A DNA stretch of 64,000 nt from Octopus sinensis (taxonomy: Eukaryota), in the NCBI RefSeq assembly GCF_006345805.1, contig NC_043016.1, forward strand, positions 22,444,001 through 22,508,000. The letters are read 5' to 3'. Below are positions 23,951-38,102 of this stretch, in pieces (the first letter of the stretch is position 1; every line of letters begins with the position of its first letter). A program made the translations under genes and the position numbers. Below the pieces are notes generated by a model, which ran no database searches, was not told where the DNA came from, and was given only the letters and a program-made list of their open reading frames with translations.

Positions 23951-26900
23951 TATATATATATATATATATATATATACTTAAAATATATGTTCACACATAC
24001 ACATATGTTTTTAAAAAAGCTGTTCATTTAATTTGATTTGTGGGTAGTGATCCTAGAATAAACATAAATAAAAAAAAGTTGTGTTATGTGCACAAATTAT
24101 ATAAATTAAAATGAACTGAAAAAAAACAAAAAACTGAATATTAAATTGGAAGTGAAATTATAGAATGATACAAGGATGTAAAATAAAATGTGGATCCTCT
24201 CATTCTTTTGTAAGTTTCCTCTATTTTGCTTTTTTTGCCACTTCAGTGTAGTTTAAAGAAAATTTGGCTGCTATTTCTAGCAGGTAGGGAGAATACATAA
24301 AAGTTTCATCTTAGTTGTGTTAATCCTTCTGCTTAATCCTTACTTTTGAACTTTGCTCCCTTGAATTTTGAATCACTGAACTTCTTTTTTCACTGAAAAT
24401 AGTTTATTAAGTTGGTGCTTATACAAAAATATCTTATTTAAAATAAATTTTGGTAAATAAGGTGTGTAAACAAACACAGAAGATTTCAAATTAAATATTG
24501 GCGAGCCAGAGACATTGGATGTTGTTGGCCTGTTTATTTACAAATTCAAATATTTATATATACATACATGCACACTAATACTTAGCTCAGATGAGATCCG
24601 AAACACTGTTAAAAGCACCTTGAAGAAGCGGCAATTAACACTAAAATGTACACCAAGAAGTAAAATTTTTCAGTGTAGGTGTAGAAATGGAAAGACATGA
24701 TTGATAGTAAAATAAAACTGGATATATAATTCTCTATTCTTATTATTAATTTAATATATATATATAAATATGAATGTGTGTATATGTATAAATGTATGTA
24801 GGTAGTTATCTAGGTGGTAGTTGAGTATTCCTTAGCATAATTCTTGAAGATTCAGTGTAACACATGTAATGAGGGTGTTCTTCATGAACTATAGGTAAAA
24901 TCCACTTGACAGGCTTCTATAGAGTCTAGCCAATTTCACTCACAAGATCTGAGTCAGTGTGAGGCTACAAAATGATATTTGCCCAGGATGTCACACAGTG
25001 GGACCAGACCCAGGATCACATGGTTGAGAAGTGAACTTAACCATTTGGCTATGTTGAATCCACACAACCCCTCCCCCCTACCTACTTCTGGATGGCTCCA
25101 TTCCAGATTTCTATCTTTGGAAATACATTTTTGAGAAACAATACTTGATTTGTCATTTAAATCTATGTTTTAAAGACTGTCTTACTTAGAAAGGTACGGC
25201 CATGCACTGTGCTATGGAAACATATTTCTGAAAATCTTGCTTCAATGTGAAATTCTGTAACATGAAGCCTTTTTTCAACTTCAATGTTTCTACCCCAAGT
25301 TTTATCAGCTACTATTACAACTGGCATTACAACCAACATTATATTTTATTCTCTTTTATATCTTTTCTTTTTAAGAATACCATCACTATTATGACCATTA
25401 ACCATTTGGTATTTAAACTGGTTATATCTGGTCAAAATATTCTATCCATTTTATGTTCAAACTGGTCAGATCTGGCCTCACACCAACCCTACAATATCAT
25501 TCTAAAAATTAAGTTACCTCATCAGAATCTTAAGGCTACAAGACAATGCATGATTAATTCAAAACAATTATTTTTGACAGAATAATGTGAATGCTAAAAG
25601 GTTAAACTACCACCACTATCACCATCTTTTGCACTTCATTTACTAACTTGTTTGCCAATATAACATTTGCTTTCCCCCATCTCTCTCCCTCACTACTAAT
25701 GAGCACCATCAGCATCACTACTACCATTCTTACAATTCAGATACATTCTCCACAAAAATTGTTCCTGTTTTACTGTTGAACCATGCTAACATATCCTGCA
25801 GCTAACATACCAAGCCCTTGAAGAAGGAATTCTTATAGTTCTAAATACTGTTTTATTTCTGCTGACACCCTACCTTAACAAACTACATCATTTCTCTTCT
25901 TCCTCACATTTCCTCTTTTCATGCACTATGCTTATGCTTATCTCTTGCTCTCCAATCTTGTCCTCACTGCCCTGCTCACTGTATCATTGCTATCCTGTTA
26001 TCCCCATCTCCTCTATATGCCCAGGTTTTACCAGTCATTGCATACCCCACCTCACACTCTTTGTATTCATGTGAAGTCTCTACTTCCTATTCATGCACCT
26101 TGGCAATACACTACCATTTATATTCTGATCCCCCCCTGTATCTTGAGTTCATGCCCTTCCACTTTGCCACCACTTATCTCTCTCTGGCTTTTCTCTACCA
26201 GACTATTTGATCCCCAGCATTCCTTGTGAACATATATAACATGTATTACATGTATAAACATATATAACGTGAAAAGGATGGAAGGGAGCAAGGAAAAAAA
26301 TGAAAGTCTCACATTGCTACAAATATTTTGTATAAAAGATTTTAGAGTATATATTTTTGAGTTTTTCAGCTATTTTTTTAATATTTGTATACATGATAAT
26401 TAGTATAACAAACCCATGGATAAAGATTTATACACAGGACTGAACATGACAACAATAATGGAAAAAGGTTAAAGAGATGAATGAAACTAAAAGATAATTA
26501 TGATAACATGGAGAGGGAAAAAAGAGGCAAAAGAAGTCGGAGGAGAGGGGTAGGAGACAAAGAAGATGGAGAAGAAGGAAATGGTATAAGAAAAAAAGGA
26601 GGTTTAGAGTAAAATCAAAAGGGAAGGAAACTAGAAAGGAACATACTTGATTTATTTCATTAATAGCAATTTGAAAGCTCGATTTCACATCACAATTCTT
26701 ATTCTAAAAACTAATTGCTTTATTCTAGTAAAATCTTTGGTAAATGCTTTTACTACTCATCCACATGGAAAGTAAACTATGTTTTTTCATATTACTTTCA
26801 TTTAGAATTATATTGGAATGTTAAATTATCTACTGATAAATTTTTTTTAATGTTAAGAATTTTATGTTTTGCAATCCTAGATGAACCATTTTAACTATTT

Positions 26901-27161
26901 AAAAACAAAAAATTGTTTTATTTACTTTGCATGAAATATTGAAATTTCTAACTTACCATTGTGATCTGGTTGCTGAAACACATACAACTGGCAGTGGAAC
27001 ACTGTTAGATTGCAGTTGCATGACAAAAATTTGACACCACATAAAATCAATTTAAAGTGAATTTATCAGCTTTTCTGTGTTTTTGGATGATTAAAATGGC
27101 TCTCCAACGACATAGTTGTTTCGGTTTTAACACATTTTACTTTTTAACTTTTTTTTTCCAG

Positions 27162-27202
27162 ATTTAAGATATCTTTCTTCAAAGACAGAAGTACTCATTT
27201 TG
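27162..27202 (+). other. Candidate 41-nt internal exon
   Basis: TTTTTAAC branch-like motif, poly-T, CCAG acceptor and TTG|GTGAGT donor; open frames (D)LRYLSSKTEVLIL and FKISFFKDRSTHF. Confidence 0.45.
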
Positions 27203-27879
27203 GTGAGTCATTTTGGTATTTGGCTGATCATCATAATTCTATCAAACATAAAGTTATGGCTTGTTTATGGTCAACACTTAAAGAATCAGAACAGATAAAC
27301 CAACAAGGGACACCTCCAAGTGGTTAGTTGACTTGTTAGGAATATCAGACAAATTTTTCTTAAAAATCAAGTCTGATTCATCGAACATATAATGCCTGAA
27401 TATTTTTCAATTATAAACAAATTAAAATATGAAATAATGAAAGAAATTATTTTCTACCTTCAGTGGTATTTGAAACTATATAATTTACAAAAGGTATGAT
27501 TTTTTAAATGTGCAATATTAATAATTAATGTTCCAGTGTATATTGTCTATACATAGTTAAGGGAGATGGGCAAGAAAGAAATGAATGTGTTTGTGCTTGC
27601 TTTGAGTGTAGGTTTGTTTTTAGTGTTTGTTTGTGTATGTGTGTGTGTGAGAGAGGGAGAAAAAAATTAGAAATACAGAGAAGGGAAAATCTGAAGAAAG
27701 AAGAAATAAAAGAGAAACTGAAGGAGGAAAAAATCCTATTGACCCAGTATAAAGCTGTTACTTCAAAGACTCTGAAGAAAAATCATCTGCATGAAAAATA
27801 TGGTGGATTCCAGAAAGCATTCAACAAAAAAGGATGTTATGGAAATTAGCTTTCTAAAACATCAAGCTTATTAACCACA

Positions 27880-28400
27880 TACTGTCTTCAAAAAGCAAGT
27901 TGTGGTCACTAGAAAACCTTAAAATAAAGTTAGAAAAAATAATAAAAATTGAGACTGAATCCAAAAAATATTGGAGAGAGTTAAAAATATTGAGAACAAC
28001 TAAATGAAAACCACTGATCTGATATAAAATAAAGCATGCTCTTTTGTGAAAATCTCTTATTAAGAATGCAAAAGTGTATGCTTTAAGATTAAGTTGTTTT
28101 AGTTCAAATAATTTACTAGTTGTGTGTCTTTGAAAGGGATTGAAAACTGCAGTGAAATATAAGGCAAATAGAGTAAGAGCAGTTATATCACCACTGACTG
28201 GAAGTGGAAGTGGGTTCAAGTATTGCTTCACCAATACCAACAATATCATCAAGTAAAGATGTGATGATATTTGTAAATTCATTGGAACAACCAACTTTTC
28301 TGAGAATTGTCCATAGCATATCGCAACTGAAGCAATGATAGAGGTCAAGTGACTTGGCCAACACTCTAATGACTCTACCAATTCTTTGCTTGTATGTATG
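27880..28400 (-). mobile_element. Highly decayed RTE LINE RT fragment
   Basis: LWTILRKVGCSNEFTNIITSL aligns by eye to LWLILERLGCPTKFLQMVIQL of the 10-13 kb copy. Confidence 0.55.
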
Positions 28401-31400
28401 TCTCTCTTGGTTTCTCTTTCTCACTAAACATTAGGTGTGATTTGACAAGAGATGTGTGTGATATTTCTATCAGGGTAAGTGACCACACAGTGGTTCACTT
28501 GATGTAACAAATGTGTAGCAGGTTGCAGATGTGAATTGTATTAAGATAATGAAATGTAAAAAAACAAAACAAAACAAAAAAAAAACAATGAGGTTTTAAG
28601 CTCAGAAACTGTAGTTAAGAAATTGAATTGTTTCATATTCTGTCTACTGTTCTTATATAATATTAATTTTTAATGTCTAGGTCTCTTTTTGGTGGAGAGA
28701 AAGGGTTTAGTTAATAAAGATGTAATAGTTAAAGGTTTAAGGTGTTAACTTCAAAATATTATTTGAGAAGAATTTCGAAGTAATTCACAAAAGCAGTTGA
28801 TGGTAAGGATAAACATAGGGTTAAACTTTTGACAAGAATTCAAGATTATGGATGCAGTGGATAATATATCTGAGTTATGGGGTGTGATAAAACCTCAGCT
28901 ACAAATATGCTTGGCAGAACAAAAGGTCTTATTGCTGTATTTATAACTTTCAAGTGGTTTCTCTACAGATAAAAAATCTACTTCAAGTTCAGGAAGACAG
29001 GAATTCATGGTTAGTTCAGATCTTGCACTGGGCTATACAGAGAGACAATATGCCTTAAATATAGGTCTGATGGATCAAAGCAACAGTAATAATACTGGAA
29101 CTAGCAACACTTGTGCTCTTTGCCAGTAAAAGAAATTATTGTTGGAAACATTGAGCGTGACCATCTCCTTTTTCCCTTACAGAGAATGAATTGAAGACTA
29201 CATTGTCAAATGTGTCTTCGCCATTGGATAGTGAGATTGTAATTTGAGGGTAATTTTGACTACTGTTTCTTGTGGTTCAAATAATCATTTAGAAGCACTT
29301 TCATTAGTTCACAAGAAGAAATTCTTATCACTATGGCGCACTGAATACAGCATCTTTAGATTTACATGTGTATGTATGTGTGCGTGCATGTGTATGTTGA
29401 AAATCAAACATACTTGCATACATATTCACTCATATTGGTTGGGTTTATTTTTTTTTATTCTCATTTGAGAGCAGTCAAGTTTATTTCAGATATTCTCATT
29501 TAAAAAAATCATCTCCAGCTAATTGTTGAGAGGATGTTGGTGTTTCCTTGGTGAAGGTTTGCACTCTCTGAATGCTCTTGTTACTATTGTATTTATGCCT
29601 TTATAGCTGTGAATTATTCTATGAAACTAATTGTTGTTAATGCATATTTTTTTTATGTAGATCCTCTGTAAATCTACTTTTTTTTATTGTCTAGAAATCT
29701 ACTTTTTTTTTTTTATTGGAAAATGAATTCAACATTAAATAAGACTGAATGATGCATTGAAGTTTTGATAACAGTGACAAGAACAATAATAAGGATGGAG
29801 GCAGTAATAGCATCAGTAACAGTAGAAGCAGCAACGACAACAAAAGTGGCAGCAGCAAGAGAATATACAATAGAAGGAAATTTTATATAGTCACTGAACC
29901 GTCTAGAAACATCAACCAAATCTTCCTCAAATTACATTCTACCATCTTAAAACAAAATAACACATTGCATAATTTGTTTGATAAATAAGCTGAGTTGGTT
30001 GCAGATAGAACTCCTTTGAACTTCAGTTTTCTCAAAAGTAACAGATGCAATGCTTGCCAGAAATAGCAACCAAATTTCTATAAAAACCTACCATACCATC
30101 CTAGAAAGGACAGTCTAGATATACTAATTGTGAATAAAACATAAGAGTTGTTATTGGTGGGAATCTACTCTAGGTCATAGACTTTCTGGTTCAGAGTTGA
30201 CTTGGATTACATTCATACATTCAAAGGAGCTGATATGTTGTCATTTGATTTGTTAAAGATAGCAGCAAAAGCTACTATATTACAAAAGGATGATACACAG
30301 GATAATCTAGTCCTTGATTATACAATATTAGAATAAATGATAGGAAAATGATGACTGATTTGGAATTTAGCAACACTGATTACACTTGCTCGATTTGGGA
30401 GCACCAGCTCAGACTATTTGGCCATGTTGCTCAATATTTCGAGTTAGACTCTGCATTCTCTTCACTGAGGACCCAGCTGGGTTGATAGCTTATGTTGGTT
30501 GACCATATTGTCATGGTAGATGAGATATCTTACAGATATCTAACAATAAAGCAAAACCAACAAGTATGAAAGTCGTTTGGATATTCCAGAAAAGTGACTA
30601 AACTTGATATTGTTTAATAAGATGTAGAATGTGGTAGCTCCAGATTCAGAGGCATGTCACTAGAGAAAGTGATAATGGAGATGCATTGTTTGGGACATAT
30701 AACCTGTGTATCTGCAGAAATACATTTGTTACAATGATTTGAGAATTCTTGGAATATGTTGCCTTGTTTGTTGTATCAGAAGATATTATTTCATATGTAA
30801 CATAATTGTAGGTTCCAAAAATAACAGTGACAGTAAAGAGAAAACAGCTCCCCATAAAATAAAACTCTAAAAGTTGAGAAACAAACAAATGGAGATGCAT
30901 ATGGCAATGGAAAATGGATGGTATTAAAATAAAGATAATTGAACAGATATGTGGAAATGGTGCGATAAAACTGGTGTCAGTGAACTTGAATAAATGCACT
31001 CTGTTTCACTTTCCTCTATGTTGTAAGTTCAAGTCCTGTAAGAAAATATTTGTATCTGTTTTACAACACATGGGATAGTACTATGTCCACTAGGGCAAGA
31101 CTGATCTGGGCCAAACAACTGAAGTTAAATGCTTGATGATAACTTGATCATAATTTGCAACTTTTTTTTTAATGCATGGAGGTAAGTGTTGTTGTTTTAA
31201 CAAGTATTAATTAGTAAAATATAAATGCAAAATATGTTAGTGGACTCTTAAATGAAGAAATGCATATTTTTGGCAAATTTGTATACTTTTTAGATGCATT
31301 AATTGTCCTTTCATAAACCTTTTTTTTTCTTTTGATAATGAGAGTAAAATTGTGTAGAAAGCTATAAAAGCTATTCAAAGTATAGACCTATTGCACTATG

Positions 31401-32038
31401 CTGTGGCATAGTTAATGGAAAGATATTGAAAGTAACACAAGAAGTAGAGTATAGAAATGTCCTTCAGTATTAAATTTTGCACTAGTTAACTTTGCTTTTT
31501 ATACTTCTTGGACTGATATAAGTACCAGTTATGTACTGAAGTAGAAAACCTAATCCACACACTCTTCCCAAATTGGAGATCTGGTATATGTGTAAGAAAT
31601 TAGTATTTATTTCTATATTTTGTATTCAAATCTCAAATCTTATCTGAGTTGACTTTGCCATTTATTTTTTTTAAGTGTCAGTAAATACTAGCGTATACTG
31701 TGATCAATTTTATCACTATATCCTTTCATAAAAATATTTTGAGTTGAAAAATCATTATTGCAATGAATTTTTTTTTTTACTTCTTCAAACTATATAATGT
31801 CCAATTATGGACCAGAAGGTATATGGTTGATACCTGTCTTTGGATACTTAAAATCATGCTGATTCAGTTCACTAGGTACCATTCATATGTACTATCTGTT
31901 CTCTAAACAGTGAAACCATTAGCTTATTGTACTGAGCTTGAGCCATGAAAGAAGCACTCTCACTGTACTTTTTGTTAAAATATTTTTTTTCATCATATCA
32001 TGATACATCACAGTGAATTCTGTCAATGAATTGATTTT

Positions 32039-32195
32039 GATTTCACATGACTGTAGTTCCTTGTCACCTGACTTCAAACCAACTGTTGTTCCTTGTTGCC
32101 TGACTTCTCACTGACTGTAGTTCCTCATCACCCAACTTCACATCAACTTGTCGCCTGACTTCCCACCAACTGTAGTTCCTTGTCTGACTTCACAG
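32039..32195. repeat. Minisatellite, ~32-bp unit, ~5 copies
   Basis: GACTTC.CA...ACTGTAGTTCCTTGTC.CCT repeated. Confidence 0.8.
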
Positions 32196-33495
32196 TAACC
32201 ATTCACATCATCAACTGATACCATACGTTCCCTCATCAATTTGAATCATTCACCTCACAGTAAAAACACAAACTGTGCAGTATGCTTTAAAATAATCACA
32301 TGATCAATGAATGCTATTTCTCAATAGAATGAATTATGGATTCATTATTTGTTTTCTTTTGTTGAACTAAAGGACAGAATTTCAATTTCGAGTAGTACCA
32401 TTTAAAATTATATTTTTAGAATATTTGCTCCAAATGATTGACTTTATATTCTTTTGTAATTCTACTCCCTCCTTAGACCTTTGTCAACCCAACAAAAGTA
32501 TACATCTATGAATATTCAGTCCTTAAGCCTAAATACATTAATCATACAGGTGTAGGAAATACGACAGTCTGTGGAGGTTGGCAACATAGGTAAGTCACAC
32601 GGCCGCATCCCTAACGAAATAAAATAAGCCATAAATACAATTTATACAATGCAGTGCCAACAGAATATAGATGAATGACGACAAGCCATTCCACTGTTTG
32701 AGAGAAGATAAGATTTTATTTACTGTTTGTGTTAAGGTTAGAGGGTTATGAGTGCTAGCAAGTGTTGTGTATGTGTGCTTGCAACAAGTGTTTGTGTCTG
32801 TGTGTTCGTGTGTGTGACAGATACAAATGAGGGTGAATGCGTGTGACACAGAAAGTACAGAGCATAGAGTTGATGGAAATTGGTTTACAGTTCATAAGGT
32901 ACACGATGTGTAAGAGTTCCATATCAAGATGTGTCTCAGGCGGAGACCGGTTGGGCGAATATTGTCGAGCCGCAGTTGTGGTCTCAATCGCCGAGCTGGT
33001 TCTCCTGATATAGAATTCTTCAGATGGACTGTTTTACTTAGTGAAGGGATTCACTCTAACAGTGTGGGTCTGTGAAGTTGGTGTTTACATATCTAAAGTG
33101 GACGATGGTAGAGACGACTTAAAGTTGGTACAATGATGGTGATGACGGCGGTGGAGATAGAAGGGGTGCTGGTGTATGTTAGCGTCGTCGCTGGTTGTAG
33201 CAGGAGCAATCGTATGTCGCTGGAACTGAAACATGTGGAGTAGCTCATTGGTCAGTGACCAGACCTTAGAAGGTCTAGAGTCAAAAGACCAAGTATACTG
33301 AGAACAATCCTTTATATACAAGAAAGGTGGTTCAACAGAGCCTAGGAAAAGGGACCTTAACCAAAGGCTGTGATTGGTTGGCTTTGGACAGTGGCGTGAA
33401 ATAAGTAGAGACAAATTGCGCCACATGTCAACCAATCAATTCAGTGGACACAACAGGAACAACTCGACCAAAGATGGCTGTAATCTCAAACGAGA

Positions 33496-34200
33496 TCATT
33501 CCTGCCGTGTCATAGAATTTAGACGCTGATAATCTCCCACCGGGCGAAAATCTGTATCCCCTTTTCGAACTAAATGAAGGGGTGATGCCCATGGACTGGT
33601 GGATGGGTGTATCAGACCAAGCTGGAGCATATGCTCAAACTCAGCCCTAGCTGTTTTAAGATGGTCAGGTGCAAGATGCCGTGGGCACGAAAAAACAGGC
33701 GGCCCAGTCGTAATAGAATGGAGTGTCGAGTGTACGGGTTTTGCCATTTTAAAGGTAATATCAAGTAGCTCTGGAAAAGAAGCCAAAAGAGAATGAAAAA
33801 CATCTCCAGATATAGCAACAAAAAATGTCGGGCTAAGAGCTGAATCGGTAGATTCTCTGGTCGGCGTGGAGAGTGTAGTTGAACTGTCAACTAGCCTCCG
33901 ACGCCTGACATCTACCAATAGATCAAAATTATTTAGAAAATTTGCACCTAAAACAGGATACGGAATATCAGCAATGACAAAAACCCACTGAAAATCTTGA
34001 CGAAGATTTATGTCGAGGTGTAAAGAAATCTGCCCGAATGTGGCTATTGGTGACAAGTCAATAGCGTGCAAAGTAACAGTAGATCATTTTGGCCTGTCGA
34101 TTGTGAGATGCAGAGGCCAAATGCTGCAACAAGAACCAGTGTCTACCATGAAGTATTTCTTCGACACTAGATCTTTAACAAAAAATGCACGATAACTAGC
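33496..34200 (-). pseudogene. pol: Gypsy protease and RT N-terminus
   Basis: YFMVDTGS, VLGANFL, SPWASPLHLVRK, GDYQRLN; truncated at junction with LTR. Confidence 0.88.
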
Positions 34201-34241
34201 GAACGATGTGGAGAAAGTTGACGTGCTCAACTCCTCCAAAG

Positions 34242-34952
34242 CTAGTTTAAATCTTTATAGGTGCATGGCTGTATGTGCTTTCTCCCCAAATTTGGAGTGA
34301 TACCAACACAGTCCAGACTTTGACTGTGTGGAACGAGATAAAGAACGGCTACGACTACGCGATCTTGAAAATCGCTTGCCATCGCGTTCATCCTTTTGGT
34401 GAGACTTTCTATTTGTTTAGAAAGTCTCTCAATTGAGGCTGCAGAAGTTTCCGAGCAGACACAAGCAGCACATGAAGATGGTCGCACGGCAAATTCAACC
34501 ATTTTGTCTGCCATGGTTGCTATCTGGTCCACGGTATTGGACTCTAAAGCGGTTGCCAAAACAGTTTGTATATAGGTGGGCAACCTTGAAAAAGAAATTT
34601 TCCGAAGCAGAGGAGCGTCAGCAGCTTTTCCGCTCAACTCTCTTAAACGTCGCAAAAATTCAGAAGGAGTCCTATCTCCCAACTCTTCATCCACCATCAA
34701 TTCATTGAAGCGACTTTCCTCGCTTCTAGTGTTTCTTTTTTCTACTTCTAATTTAACAGACGCATAAGTGGCGTTTGGGCAAGGATCTGTAATAAGATCT
34801 CTGGTAGTAGTTGCAAGTTGAGGAGGCATACAACTATAAAGAATTTGCAACTGCTGCTCAGAAGAAACATTATGTGCACAAAAATATGCCTCTAGTTGTG
34901 CAAACCAAAGTGTAGCATCACCTGTGAAAATGGGTAATGATGCCAAAGACAT
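34242..34952 (-). pseudogene. gag: Gypsy gag (C-terminal frameshift)
   Basis: LWFAQLEAYF, LGDRTPSEFLRRLREL, FSRLP; knuckle LCWYHSKFG is in another frame. Confidence 0.85.
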
Positions 34953-35199
34953 TTTGTTCTTTTTAAATTTAAATAGATGACTGTCAAAGGAAAGGGAAAT
35001 GACGACGAAAAATTGAACTGACGCAAATGGAAAAAGGAACAGAAATAAATAGAAATTAAAAGAAGACCAGCAATTGAACCAATAAGTTTTTTTTACGTGT
35101 AAATTTTACCAAAAAAAAATGTTTTTTCTTTTTCTTTTTGTACTGTATGCACAGAGAATAAAAAATTCTTTTTTTTTTTATTTTTGTCGCGTCTGAAAC

Positions 35200-35230
<31 letters not shown>

Positions 35231-35735
35231 CCGTGCATCAGATGTACAGAAATAAGGTTTATGCAAACACAACAGAGCATGAGAGAAATCTCAACATTTT
35301 GTGTTTAAATGGAGTTATTTTACCAGTTCATGTAGTACACGATAATGAGTTCTATACAAGATTTGAGTCTCAGAGCTGAGATTAGTTGAGTCACTTGTTC
35401 TGAATATTTTTCTCTTGATATAGATATTCTTCCAGATATATATACTGCAACTGTTCTTCCGTGGTGAGATTTTCACACTACAGCATGAGTAGAATCTGTA
35501 TCTTGTGTACACTTGAATTTTTGTAGATGGAGACGATGTTGGTTATGACGTTATGTCTGTCGTTGGTTTACAATAGCGTCTTCATAATATGTTTGGCTAC
35601 GCTCTGTGTCTATGACAAAACAACGATAAAATTGAAGCAAAGATGATGATGACTGCGGCGGAGATGGTGGTTGATTGGTTCAGACTCGGTAGAAACTAGA
35701 TCTTAGTTGAGTATTCTATGGTCTATGACCAGAAC

Positions 35736-35747
35736 TCGGGGTCACCA
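35736..35747 (-). promoter_or_regulatory. Primer-binding site, tRNA-Trp type
   Basis: TGGTGACCCCGA on the minus strand, 1 nt after the LTR-terminal CA; complementary to the metazoan tRNA-Trp 3' end. Confidence 0.8.
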
Positions 35748-36811
35748 CTGTAATGGAACTGGTTGATTCTTTACACTGTTTGGGTGCAACCAATTTCCTT
35801 TCTTTAGTTTAACACGTCCTTTCTCTTCAATAGCCGTGTCTCAAGTCAACGACGCTAACAAGGAACATGATAGAATTTTCTTCCCCAGTCTCTAGCACAT
35901 GTGCATGAGGGAACTTCCTTAGGCCTTTCCAGAAGGTTCCAGCCCCGCACACGCACACTGAAGAATGATGTTCCGCACACGCACACTGAAGAATGACGTG
36001 TGTGCGCACACTGGAAAATGACGTCACTACACAGGAAATAATCCTTGAATTTATGGGTTTTTCTCCTTTGCCACCTCTGAGGATGTTGTTCCTACATGGA
36101 TCCATTTCCTCTGGCATCCCTTGATCCTCTTCATGGTTCACTTCCTCTTCACAGTGATTGTCTTACTCTTGTGTTTCTTCTCCTTGGTCCTCCCCCGTAC
36201 CTTCATCAACAGATGCTTCCAACCTCCAGTGGAATTAGCATGGCTTATAGTATTCCCACAGATAGTTCACATGTGCAAACTTAGGACGGGACCTCTTGCC
36301 TCCTCAGATCCGGTATGTCACATTGGACAGGTGATTCATCATAGTGTAGGGTCCTTCCGATGTCTCTACAGTTTTGGTGACTGCCTCTTCTTCCACTGGG
36401 GATTATACAGCCATCTTCAGGCACAATAACAGTAGTTTGACAGAACTTGCTGAACATTTGGTTTCAAGCGGCTGCAATTTTGAAGACTTGAAAGTGCATA
36501 TTCTCAAAAAATATTCTGAATCTGTTTCGCTTGCACTTCTCAATGTATGAGGAGAAATATGTTTGCAGGTTATTAACATCACACCCTGGAGGAATGAATA
36601 AGACAATAGGAGAATATCATCAAATTTATACAAAGCTGTTTGATTAAATGTTCTTCTTTCTCTCTTTTTCTTTCCTTTTTTTCTGTTTTTTTTCTGTCTT
36701 TTTATTTTCACCTGTTATAAAATTGTAACTTAAAAACTGACGATGTCATTCCTACATCAAGTGGACGCTAGTTGCTCTCGTTCATACTTTACATTTAAAT
36801 TTATATATATA

Positions 36812-37204
36812 CTAGCAGTATCGCCCGGCGTTGCTCGGGTTTGTAAGGGAAATAACTATATAAGCATTTTTAGAGATGTAAAGTATAATAGCCATCTCAA
36901 TATGGCTAACCACAAAGGGGGGGTGTTGCTGTAGCTTTTTACGTTCTGAGATTTAATAATAAATTTTTAGAGAGTTACTTCCCTTATATATGACAAAAAT
37001 GCATTAAAGATGGGAAAAATTGATAGTAAATTTTTTTTTAAATCGTAGACTCATCGTAGACGCGCGCTAATACCCAGAAAGGCTCGATATGAATCACGAC
37101 TATAAGATACCCGGTTTTGGTTAAACTGCACTGCAAAATGTGGGAGTAAGGAATCTAAATCGTAGGAGACAGACAGCACACAACCTCACTTTTATATATA
37201 AAGA
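36812..37204 (-). mobile_element. Complete non-autonomous Helitron (393 bp)
   Basis: Minus strand A|TCTTTATATATAAAAG...CCCGAGCAACGCCGGG hairpin...CTAG|T; inserted in AT without TSD. Confidence 0.85.
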
Positions 37205-38000
37205 TATATAAATGCAAGCATAAATTACATTACTTATATAATAAGTTTAGCTAATTTTTCCGTATATATAAAACCCTATTTTATGTTACTAATTTGTTGT
37301 AGATATAATTTATTGTAGTATTAGTGTATAAATTCGCATGATAATATATGTTGTATATTACATTATTTGAATATGTTTAAACTTGGATGTTTATTAAATA
37401 AATAAATGAATATATAAATTAATGAATATTAATTATATAATATAAATTAATTTAACTATATTATGTATATTTTATGTATTTTATATTAATTATTTGGACT
37501 TTAAATCTTCCAGTAAATGATAATTTATAGTTTTGTTTTTTGTTCTCTTATTCTCTGATTCTAGAAGCTTAAATATCTTTTCGTCATTTTCATTAATATA
37601 ATACATACTTATATGCATTTATTCTATTTTTTTTATTTATGCAACGTCTTCACGAGTTAAATTTCTTATAAACGCTAAGGCCTATGTTTTTATGTTTAAA
37701 ATTCAGTTAGATTTTCTTTGATAAGTTATGAATTTCTTTTTAAAACAATATTGTTGAATTTTGAATTGAATTTTGTTTGATTTTTATTGTAAAAATATTG
37801 ATTTCTATATTGTTATTTGATAATTATAAGTTACGATACATATATTTATTTAATTAAAATATATTTTTCATAGATAAAATAAATATTTCTATCTATTTAT
37901 TCTAGTTTTATCTACACCATGTTTTTAACGAGATAAATATATTGTAAACACTAAGTCCTATGTATTAAGTTTAAAGATTTAGTTAACAGAATATATATAT

Positions 38001-38046
<46 letters not shown>

Positions 38047-38102
38047 GTATTGCAATATGAGAGTATTGCTTTCCAGTAAAGAATAGCCCATGAGGGAAAA
38101 TT

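Larger units (their letters stand above)
32551..36031 (-). mobile_element. Internally deleted Gypsy element with dissimilar LTRs
   Basis: 5' LTR 35749-36031 (TGTAG...TTACA), PBS, leader, gag, PR and RT start, fused to LTR 32551-33496 of the solo-LTR family; CAGG at 32547-32550 and 36032-36035. Confidence 0.8.

Noticed and set aside
26957-26975. Minus-strand micro-exon (TTTCAG...ATG|GTAAGT)
   Set aside because: Splice signals alone are too frequent in AT-rich DNA and there is no other support.
20662-27202. In-frame TGA at the putative exon junction read as selenocysteine
   Set aside because: Splicing is unproven, an intervening exon is possible, and no selenoprotein homology or SECIS is visible.
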